Part shown: positions 23,181-29,092 of the stretch, piece by piece | Layout: the number at the start of each line of letters is the position of its first letter | Position numbering within the stretch: the first letter of the stretch is position 1 | IMG/VR virus record: IMGVR_UViG_3300006851_000019 | Location: 1 to 29,092 of that record | Strand: one strand, 5' to 3' | From: a virus | Taxonomy: Duplodnaviria > Caudoviricetes | DNA: 29,092 nucleotides | Program-made: the position numbers and the translations under genes | The notes under the pieces: generated by a model | Seen by the model: the letters and a program-made list of their open reading frames with translations, nothing else | What the model was told of the DNA's origin: nothing | Databases searched by the model: none

Positions 23181-23342
23181 GACGAAATTTTCTTTTGCGT
23201 AAGAAATAGTCACTTTGTCATTCTTGATGTCCATTTCTTTAATAATAGCGTTTTCTATGCGATAGCGAGCGCCGTCTTCTTCCTTGTTAATTCTGAGCGG
23301 TCACAATGCTGTCAAAAGGAATATAAAAAACTCCCTCCTCGT
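23175..23342 (-). pseudogene. Possible decayed small gene (ACG in start position, internal TGA)
   Basis: Strong SD AAGGAGGG then ACG; reads (T)RREFFIFLLTAL*PLRINKEEDGARYRIENAIIKEMDIKNDKVTISYAKENFVK*; upstream extended -10 TGTTATAAT. Confidence 0.3.
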
Positions 23343-23367
23343 AAAATCCCTCCTTAGTTATTTTACT

Positions 23368-23419
23368 CGAACACACTTTCGATTATAACATTGAAAAAGA
23401 ACTAACGTTCGTGTAAAAT
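23368..23419. promoter_or_regulatory. Two LexA (Cheo-box-like) operators within divergent sigma-A promoters
   Basis: CGAACACACTTTCG (23368-23381) and AGAACTAACGTTCG (23398-23411); plus-strand TTGAAA-N17-TAAAAT brackets the second box. Confidence 0.75.
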
Positions 23420-23445
23420 ATAACCAAAAGGAAGGTGATTTCCAG

Positions 23446-23664
23446 ATGGGGAAGCTCAAAGAACATAGCGCACATGATTATGTTTTGAAATCTTCTTTAA
23501 CAGGAGGAAAACCGATTCAGATTATTTATGAAGCGAAGGATGGCACTTTCAGTCAGAGGGTGGTCACTGTGTATAGAATGAATGAGCTCGATATTCTTGT
23601 TTGGTGTCATAGTAAAAAAGGAGTTCGTTCATTGAAGAAAGAAAGTATTTTGTCGGCAAGATAA
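23446..23664 (+). CDS. Small stand-alone WYL-like domain protein, SOS-boxed
   Basis: I.IIY...DG..SQR.V.V........VWCH.KK.VRSLK.ESILS pattern; SD AAGGTGA. Confidence 0.7.
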   Translation: MGKLKEHSAHDYVLKSSLTGGKPIQIIYEAKDGTFSQRVVTVYRMNELDILVWCHSKKGVRSLKKESILSAR

Positions 23665-23694
23665 AAAAGAGCAGGTTGTTCCTGCTCTTTTTTT
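23663..23694. terminator. Bidirectional intrinsic terminator
   Basis: AAAAAAGAGCAGG-TTGTT-CCTGCTCTTTTTTT between convergent genes. Confidence 0.85.
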
Positions 23695-23697
23695 CGT

Positions 23698-24195
23698 TCA
23701 TCCGTTAAGTATCTTACTTTTTTGTTCTTGAAACTCTTCTTCTGTTAACACTCCTGAATCCCTTAAATCAGCAAGTTTCTTTAACTCGTCCGCAACGCTT
23801 GTGTTATTCTCGGTAGTAGCAGCCGATTCTTTCTTCCCTATATTATCTCTTAAGTGGTTAATAAATCCGTCTATGTCTCCATCATTGACCCATTTGATTT
23901 TTACCTCATTACCACTAGCGAAGAAACTCATACTATGCCCCATCATCCCTTTACTTGCTTCAAAACTACTGATGTTTGAATAAGGAAAAGATTCTGTCTC
24001 GTATCCCGTTAATTTCTTCGCGTAAAAAAATAACCGCTTGTTAGTCGCTAGCATAACGCCATTTCTCACGCTGTCGGCTCCTAGTATTTTTGCTTCATAT
24101 GCACCTAGGATTTTGTACAAAACTTCCTCGTCTTGATCTAGATAATCCCTTGCCCTATCTGTTAACTTCTTCAATTTCTTTGATTCTTTCGCCAT
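23698..24195 (-). CDS. Bacterial PH-domain protein with C-terminal SHOCT domain
   Basis: G.MLATNKRL.F PH motif; VADELKKLA.L.D.GVLTEEEF..QK.KIL SHOCT motif; SD AAAGGGGA before ATG 24195. Confidence 0.88.
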   Translation of the reverse strand: MAKESKKLKKLTDRARDYLDQDEEVLYKILGAYEAKILGADSVRNGVMLATNKRLFFYAKKLTGYETESFPYSNISSFEASKGMMGHSMSFFASGNEVKIKWVNDGDIDGFINHLRDNIGKKESAATTENNTSVADELKKLADLRDSGVLTEEEFQEQKSKILNG

Positions 24196-24359
24196 TGTAA
24201 ATCCCCTTTCCTGATTATGCTTTTCCTCATTGTATAATACTTTTGTAGTGAAAAGAAGGATGTTATCGATCAATAAAAAGAGTTTCGCTCGTTAAATCCT
24301 CCCAAATATCTACCAAAAGATGATAGAATATATGCAGTTTTCATTATAGGGGGATTGTT

Positions 24360-26024
24360 GTGAAATATCTTAGGTACATAGTGTCGCTTGCTATCATATT
24401 TTCTCTATTTGTACCAAGCGCACTGGCAGAGAATGCTTTTTCAGACGTAAATGATGATTTTTGGGCAAAGGATGAAATTGAGTATTTAGCAGACGAGGGG
24501 ATTATAGGCGGTTATGATGACGGGACGTTTAATCCGAATGCGCCTGTAACTCGAAGTCAAGCAGCAATCATGCTTGTGCGTGCATTGGACTTAGAAGCCG
24601 ATAATCGCCCTGCAGCAGACTTCGCAGATATTAGCGACGACTATCATGCGTATGATGTAGTTGCTACTGTCCAGGACGAGGGAATTATAACAGGACGAGA
24701 CGGGCGGTTTATGCCGAATGACACGCTAACACGCGGTCAAATGGCTGCTGTCTTAAACCGTTCATTTGATTTTGAAGAAGGAAATGTTAGCTTTTCTGAT
24801 GTAAGTCAAGATTCTACATTTTATCAAGACATTGCGAATATTGCAGAAGCTAATATAACTACAGGATATAGTGAAGATAATACATTTAGACCAAACAATG
24901 ACACAACACGCGCTCAGTTTTCTGTATTTTTGGCCCGTGTTCTCGACGACTCATTTCGCGTATCTGATGATGAAGAAGACAACGGTGATGATGAAACTGC
25001 ATATCCTACAGTAAGCATGGAAGCTCACTTTTTAGATGTAGGACAAGGTGACGCTACACTTATCGTCAACAATCAAGGCGGTGTAATGCTTGTAGACGCG
25101 GGTACTCGCTCAGCAGGAGAAAAGGTTGTGGCGTATTTAAAAGAAGCCGGAATTGACACAATTGATAAGCTAGTTGCGACACACGCACACGCGGATCATA
25201 TCGGTGGAATGGTAGAAGTTATGCAGAATTTTGAAATTGGAGAAGTCATTGATAGCGGTATTCCTCATACATCTCAGACATACATAGAATATTTGGAATA
25301 CATTGATGACAACGACATTCCATTTACTGTTGCTGAGCCCGGAGATAAGGTTGACTTAGGTAGCGGAGTAGACATTGCTGTAGTTAATAGCGGGCAAGAA
25401 GGCGACAGTTTGAATAATGCTTCCGTATCTCTTCATATAGAGTATCAGGACACTAGCCTGCTCTTAACTGGTGACGCGGAAGAAGCAGCAGAGCGACGTA
25501 TTGTCAACAACTTCAATGTAGAAGCGGACGTGTTAAAAGTCGGTCATCACAGCTCAAATACAAGCTCTAATGACTTTTTCCTCGACGCTGTACAGCCGGA
25601 CCATGCAGTATTTTCATATGGAGAAGGTAACCAATACGGCCATCCGCATGATGAAGTGATTGATCGTTTACAGAATAGAGGAGCGGACATCTATTCCACT
25701 GCAGAACAAGGAAATATCGTGGCTAATTTCCATGCGGGTAACGTATCGTTTTATACATCCCCATGGGACATTGATGTAACGCCTGAACCAGAACCAGAGC
25801 CTACTCCTGAACCACAACCGGAGCCAAGCCCGGGATTAATCAATATTAATACAGCGAATTATGAGGAGCTGCAGGAGATAACGGGCGTTGGTCCTGTTAT
25901 TGCAGAACGTATCATCGAATACCGTAACACACATGGTGGCTTTGATAGCATTGAGGAGATCATGCAAGTGAGCGGTATCGCAGAAGGACGCTTTTCTGAC
26001 ATGAGGGATGAAATCACTGTATAG
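24360..26024 (+). CDS. Secreted S-layer-anchored protein: signal peptide, 3 SLH domains, ComEC-like metallo-beta-lactamase domain, Pro-Glu linker, ComEA-like helix-hairpin-helix
   Basis: FSDV...WA, F.PN...TR.Q SLH motifs; HFLDVGQGDA, THAHADHIGG, LLTGDAE, VGHH, N.YGHP; ININTA..EEL..I.GVG...A..I..YR...GGF..IEE...V.GI. Confidence 0.92.
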   Translation: MKYLRYIVSLAIIFSLFVPSALAENAFSDVNDDFWAKDEIEYLADEGIIGGYDDGTFNPNAPVTRSQAAIMLVRALDLEADNRPAADFADISDDYHAYDVVATVQDEGIITGRDGRFMPNDTLTRGQMAAVLNRSFDFEEGNVSFSDVSQDSTFYQDIANIAEANITTGYSEDNTFRPNNDTTRAQFSVFLARVLDDSFRVSDDEEDNGDDETAYPTVSMEAHFLDVGQGDATLIVNNQGGVMLVDAGTRSAGEKVVAYLKEAGIDTIDKLVATHAHADHIGGMVEVMQNFEIGEVIDSGIPHTSQTYIEYLEYIDDNDIPFTVAEPGDKVDLGSGVDIAVVNSGQEGDSLNNASVSLHIEYQDTSLLLTGDAEEAAERRIVNNFNVEADVLKVGHHSSNTSSNDFFLDAVQPDHAVFSYGEGNQYGHPHDEVIDRLQNRGADIYSTAEQGNIVANFHAGNVSFYTSPWDIDVTPEPEPEPTPEPQPEPSPGLININTANYEELQEITGVGPVIAERIIEYRNTHGGFDSIEEIMQVSGIAEGRFSDMRDEITV

Positions 26025-26034
26025 GAGTGATTGT

Positions 26035-26286
26035 TTGAAAAAGTACACAGTAGACAGATTTGAAGGAGAATTTGCTGTTCTCCTTCTTTCTTCTGATGAG
26101 TCGGTGCAAAAGGACGTACCGAAAGATCAATTACCGAACGACGTTAAAGAAGGCGACATTATAGAAGTTTCATTTAATGTAGATGGAACTGTTAAAGAGG
26201 CAATGATAAAAAGAGAAGAAACAATTAGTCGTAAAGAAAAGGCTCAGTCTTTGTTGGAGAAGTTGAAAAGTAAGAATAAAAAATGA
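26035..26286 (+). CDS. DUF3006-like protein
   Basis: SD AGGAG then TTG 26035; VDRFEG.FAVL...LP...KEGDII motif; usual neighbour of ComEC-like MBL genes. Confidence 0.8.
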   Translation: MKKYTVDRFEGEFAVLLLSSDESVQKDVPKDQLPNDVKEGDIIEVSFNVDGTVKEAMIKREETISRKEKAQSLLEKLKSKNKK

Positions 26287-26314
26287 GAGTAGGGACATCA
26301 TCCCTACTCTTTTT
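26286..26314 (+). terminator. Intrinsic terminator
   Basis: AGAGTAGGGA-CATCA-TCCCTACTCT followed by TTTT. Confidence 0.85.
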
Positions 26315-26468
26315 AAAATCTTTTTATATGGATGTTGACCACTTGTTGACTAACGCCGTCAACAATCATTCTATAATATCCTAACTAATCATACTAACAT
26401 TTTAAAAAACCTTGATACATCAGTATTTACAAAAATTAATCCTATCCAATCCTATCAAGTTAATTACT

Positions 26469-26513
26469 TTGACAGGGTGGAGGTCACTGGTTCGAGCCCA
26501 GTACGGGTCACCA
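26469..26513 (+). tRNA. 3' half of tRNA-Val(GAC) serving as att core (not a complete tRNA)
   Basis: TT-GAC-AG anticodon loop, GGGTGG, AGGTC variable loop, ACTGG-TTCGAGC-CCAGT T-arm, ACCA end; no D-arm or acceptor 5' strand upstream. Confidence 0.9.
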
Positions 26514-26527
26514 TACATATGAATGCT

Positions 26528-26559
26528 AAACCCCTTGTTATATAGGGGTTTTTTCTTTT
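26528..26559 (+). terminator. Terminator-like hairpin downstream of the tRNA fragment
   Basis: AAACCCCT-TGTTATAT-AGGGGTTT followed by a T run. Confidence 0.65.
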
Positions 26560-26628
26560 ATTAAATAATTAGTAAATGTCACTAGTGTGAAAGCAAATGA
26601 GCTATTGTTGACCGATTGTTGACCGATT

Positions 26629-27819
26629 TTACGAATTCCTGATTTCCTTCTTAGTGAAGATGTCGTTTAACTTGTTTGCAGCTTCTTGATCAGCTGCTTC
26701 TAATACGCGACCATACGTGTCCATTGTGATTCGTATATCCGCATGACCAAGCCTTTCGGAAATAACTTTCGCATGGACACCTTGGTTAATAAGGAAGGTG
26801 GCTGATGTATGTCTTAAATCATGAAGACGGATGTATCTGATTTTTTTTCGTTCGGTAAATCTTCTCCACCAGGTAGTTGGGGTAGTAGGGTAAAAGTGCG
26901 TTCCGTCATCATTGCAAAATAACCAATTGTGTTTCTCTTCTTTCCAATAGTCCCCAGCGTCCGATCTTAATTTCATGTTTTTCATGTGCAGTTGTTTCAA
27001 AAGGAGCATGATTGATTCCGGTACTGTGACAATCCTGGTTGATGTATATGATTTCGGGTCCTTCAAAACAGCACGTCCTTTTTCCCCGCGCACAATAGCT
27101 TGATCAATCTTGATTTGATTCTTTCCCCAATTTATTTTGTCTGTTTCTAAAGCAAGGTTTTCGCCACGTCTAAAACCACACGATAAAGCAAGAGAGATAA
27201 ACACTTGCCAGTGTAGGGGCTCTGATTCCATCGCTTTGAAAATACCCTCAACTTCCTGTTCATCATACACGTTGTCTTTTGCTTTTCGTTTTTCAGCCCT
27301 TGGTCTTTGTACTTTTGCTATCACATTTTCTGTGACAAATTCCCATTCTCGCGCTCTTTCAAAAACATTCCGCAATACTCTGTAAGAATATTGAACAGTT
27401 GAACCGGACAATTTCTTTTCTTTTCGTAAGTCGGATAAAAAATCAAGGATGTGCTTCGGTCTGATCTGTTCTAATCTCATGTCACCGAACACAGGTAAGA
27501 TATGGACATCTAAATGACTGTTATACGATTCGAGTGTTCCGGGTGATAGGTTCTCTTCCGCATAGTTTTTCTCCCAATGTCGCACAAACTCTCTTAAAGA
27601 CATCCTTTCAGGTTTGATGTACTCTCCTGACTCGACTTCCATCTGAAACTTATATAACTCTTTTTTCAGATGATCATCAAGTTTCTTTTTGGTTCGCAAA
27701 AGTTTTTCATCATCAATCTTTATTGTCTTTGTCCGTTTGTTTCTTTTTCCAGCAGCGTCATAACCGAGTTCAACAACTAATAAAAAAGAGTTCTTACCCC
27801 GCTTTTGATAGCTAGCCAT
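26629..27819 (-). CDS. int: Tyrosine integrase
   Basis: G.RRGE, HDLRHT, RLGH and TMDTY catalytic motifs; SD GAGGTGA before ATG 27819; adjacent to att. Confidence 0.96.
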   Translation of the reverse strand: MASYQKRGKNSFLLVVELGYDAAGKRNKRTKTIKIDDEKLLRTKKKLDDHLKKELYKFQMEVESGEYIKPERMSLREFVRHWEKNYAEENLSPGTLESYNSHLDVHILPVFGDMRLEQIRPKHILDFLSDLRKEKKLSGSTVQYSYRVLRNVFERAREWEFVTENVIAKVQRPRAEKRKAKDNVYDEQEVEGIFKAMESEPLHWQVFISLALSCGFRRGENLALETDKINWGKNQIKIDQAIVRGEKGRAVLKDPKSYTSTRIVTVPESIMLLLKQLHMKNMKLRSDAGDYWKEEKHNWLFCNDDGTHFYPTTPTTWWRRFTERKKIRYIRLHDLRHTSATFLINQGVHAKVISERLGHADIRITMDTYGRVLEAADQEAANKLNDIFTKKEIRNS

Positions 27820-27837
27820 AATTATCACCTCAAACTC

Positions 27838-28299
27838 TTACTTGCATGATCTAGTGTTTTCAGCTACTTTTTCAATAACTTTACTTTCGTACATCTCAAG
27901 CCTTCTTAATGCAAAATCAAACTCAACGTTAAAAAACCGAACTATGTCATGAGCAGTCACCCCCTTAATCTCTTTCAACATAAAGGTTGGAACACAGAAA
28001 TGATAAGCGAAGTGGTTCGCTTGATGTTCCTGCAAGTCAGTGAATAGCGGATGTAGTCTTAACTGATTGCCATAATGTCTAAGATAGTGACCTACTTCAT
28101 GCCCGAAAGATTGCCATTCCCTTCGCCTGTTTGTCCTTTTCAAAATGATAGAGTCGTAGTAACGAAATGTAGTTGTTCCATAGTGAATGGACAGCCCTAG
28201 ATTTTCCGCGATGATGTCGATTCTTAGTTGGTGTGGTTTTTCGATTGATAAATACTTGTACAATTCATTGATATAATCTTCTAAATGCGTGTACCGCAC
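27838..28299 (-). CDS. immA: ImmA/IrrE-family metallopeptidase (anti-repressor)
   Basis: HEVGH zinc motif, E.QAN.FA.HFCVP.FML; directly upstream of int. Confidence 0.9.
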   Translation of the reverse strand: MRYTHLEDYINELYKYLSIEKPHQLRIDIIAENLGLSIHYGTTTFRYYDSIILKRTNRRREWQSFGHEVGHYLRHYGNQLRLHPLFTDLQEHQANHFAYHFCVPTFMLKEIKGVTAHDIVRFFNVEFDFALRRLEMYESKVIEKVAENTRSCK

Positions 28300-28317
28300 A
28301 CCATCACCGCCTTAATG

Positions 28318-28331
28318 GGAATATACGTTCT
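28318..28331 (-). promoter_or_regulatory. LexA-like operator upstream of immA-int
   Basis: AGAACGTATATTCC on the minus strand, close to GAAC-N4-GTTC. Confidence 0.6.
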
Positions 28332-28396
28332 GTTTATGGGTAAAAAGAAAAGCCCGATCGGTCAGAGCTTCAATAGGGTTTTATGTTGTGTATAAG

Positions 28397-28405
28397 TGGT
28401 ATAAT
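28397..28405 (+). promoter_or_regulatory. Extended -10 sigma-A promoter for ORF 28435
   Basis: TG-G-TATAAT, 30 nt upstream of the start. Confidence 0.65.
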
Positions 28406-28434
28406 AAAAGTATCAACTAAGGGGAGGGTTAATA

Positions 28435-28644
28435 GTGAGTAGAAAAACAAATAAAACCCCACACCTATACAGGAAAAAACCTGTTGTTGTTGAGGCGTAT
28501 CGTGTAGATGAAGAGCAAAAAATAGAAACCCTAGAAGGAACAATGACCGCAGCCCCGGGCGATTGGATTGTTAAAGGTGTTAACGGTGAAAGATACCCTG
28601 TAAAGCCTGATATTTTTGAAAAAACTTATGAAAAAGCAGACTAA
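28435..28644 (+). CDS. PGDYG-like small phage protein (69 aa)
   Basis: [10 protein letters not shown]...[30 protein letters not shown]; SD GGGGAGG. Confidence 0.85.
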   Translation: MSRKTNKTPHLYRKKPVVVEAYRVDEEQKIETLEGTMTAAPGDWIVKGVNGERYPVKPDIFEKTYEKAD

Positions 28645-29042
28645 GCTTCATTGATTGCCTTCTCAATTGAAGGTTTGGTGAAACTTTTCGCCCATGAGGC
28701 TCCTTTCCCTAATAAGTTAGATGGACTTGTGTTTGAGTTTTTTATTTTTACTGCAACAAACTTCAACTCTAACTCGGCAGCTTTATCAATTTCCCATGTG
28801 CACCAACTGCTTTTGTATGTTTCTTCACCGATTAAAACTATAATTTTATCGCAGGTCCCTAGCCTCCTAGATATTGCTCTTTTAATAGCGATTGGATTGT
28901 CTGAGTTGACGGATACATCTGTTGAACCATCTTCGAAGGAAATAGAATTAAAGTGGTCAGCATCGTTTTCAGACCAAGCATGTAATAAATTTTTATAATT
29001 TCGATCGTTGTCATAGTCATAACTAATAAATACCTTCTCCAT
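28641..29042 (-). CDS. Thoeris ThsB-like TIR-domain protein (DUF1863/MTH538 type, 133 aa)
   Basis: VFISYD..D, IVLIG..T..S.W..WEI with the catalytic Glu; SD AAGGAGGG before ATG 29042. Confidence 0.9.
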   Translation of the reverse strand: MEKVFISYDYDNDRNYKNLLHAWSENDADHFNSISFEDGSTDVSVNSDNPIAIKRAISRRLGTCDKIIVLIGEETYKSSWCTWEIDKAAELELKFVAVKIKNSNTSPSNLLGKGASWAKSFTKPSIEKAINEA

Positions 29043-29047
29043 ATTTA

Positions 29048-29092
29048 TCAACCCTCCTTTTCCTTTCGATGCATGCTTGCCCAATTTACATT
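29048..29092 (-). CDS. 3' end of an upstream gene (…NVNWASMHRKEKEG*), possibly a SLATT/DUF4231 effector; cut by the window edge
   Basis: Open frame to the edge, stop 5 nt before the TIR start; N.NW resembles the C-terminus I recall for DUF4231 proteins; only 14 residues visible. Confidence 0.35.
   Translation of the reverse strand, partial: NVNWASMHRKEKEG

Larger units (their letters stand above)
26333..26628. other. attP-like region with arm-type repeats on both sides of the core
   Basis: TGTTGAC repeats with 11-bp period at 26333-26351 and 26604-26625, inverted copy 26358-26365; AATCCTATC x2 at 26438-26456. Confidence 0.8.
1..29092. mobile_element. Temperate siphophage/prophage of a Bacillaceae host (A118-like morphogenesis module, lysis, attP-like site, integrase); extends beyond both window edges
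   Basis: Contiguous terminase-portal-capsid-tail-lysis operon, tyrosine integrase next to a tRNA 3' fragment, ImmA, Firmicutes-type SD sequences and LexA boxes. Confidence 0.97.

Noticed and set aside
23067-23357. 96-aa plus-strand ORF after the endolysin
   Set aside because: Overlaps the endolysin end, crosses its terminator and has no credible SD
26430-26513. Complete functional tRNA-Val gene
   Set aside because: No acceptor 5' strand, D-arm or 5' anticodon stem upstream of 26469
26333-26628. CRISPR-like or iteron array from the TGTTGAC repeats
   Set aside because: Short 11-bp-period pairs flanking an att core with no spacers; better explained as integrase arm sites
28651-28998. 115-aa plus-strand ORF antisense to TIR
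   Set aside because: Lies entirely within the TIR gene's opposite strand, with no SD and no motif

Overview
Almost the whole window is a temperate Bacillaceae-type siphophage with an A118-like head and tail module. The order is: late-activator 3' end, small morons, terS, terL, portal, minor head protein, scaffold, capsid, Ig-domain decoration protein, head-tail joiners, tail tube, chaperones, lipoprotein moron, tape measure, Dit, Gly-rich fibre, XkdX-like protein, Gp37-like tail protein, holins and amidase endolysin. An accessory block follows (SOS-boxed WYL-like gene, PH+SHOCT protein, SLH-ComEC-like MBL-HhH surface protein, DUF3006), then an attP-like site carrying the 3' half of tRNA-Val(GAC), a tyrosine integrase, ImmA/IrrE, a PGDYG-like protein and a Thoeris ThsB-like TIR gene whose upstream partner is cut by the window edge. 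The most striking signal is that the capsid and tail-tube genes end in the same 18 nt (TTTATCGGGGGAGTAATA). In both, the -1 frame continues as a homologous 22-aa peptide that looks like strands A-B of a fibronectin type III (FN3) domain. The single Ig decoration gene starts with what looks like the missing strands C-G. This suggests a frameshift-gated 'split-FN3 tag/catcher' that docks one decoration protein on both head and tail. Other points of interest: a convergent TIR/PGDYG defence cassette, four sigma-H-type promoters on morons, three small ORFs missed by the ORF track, an internal endolysin start and an ATT start codon. All family assignments come from motif recognition by eye; no searches were run.
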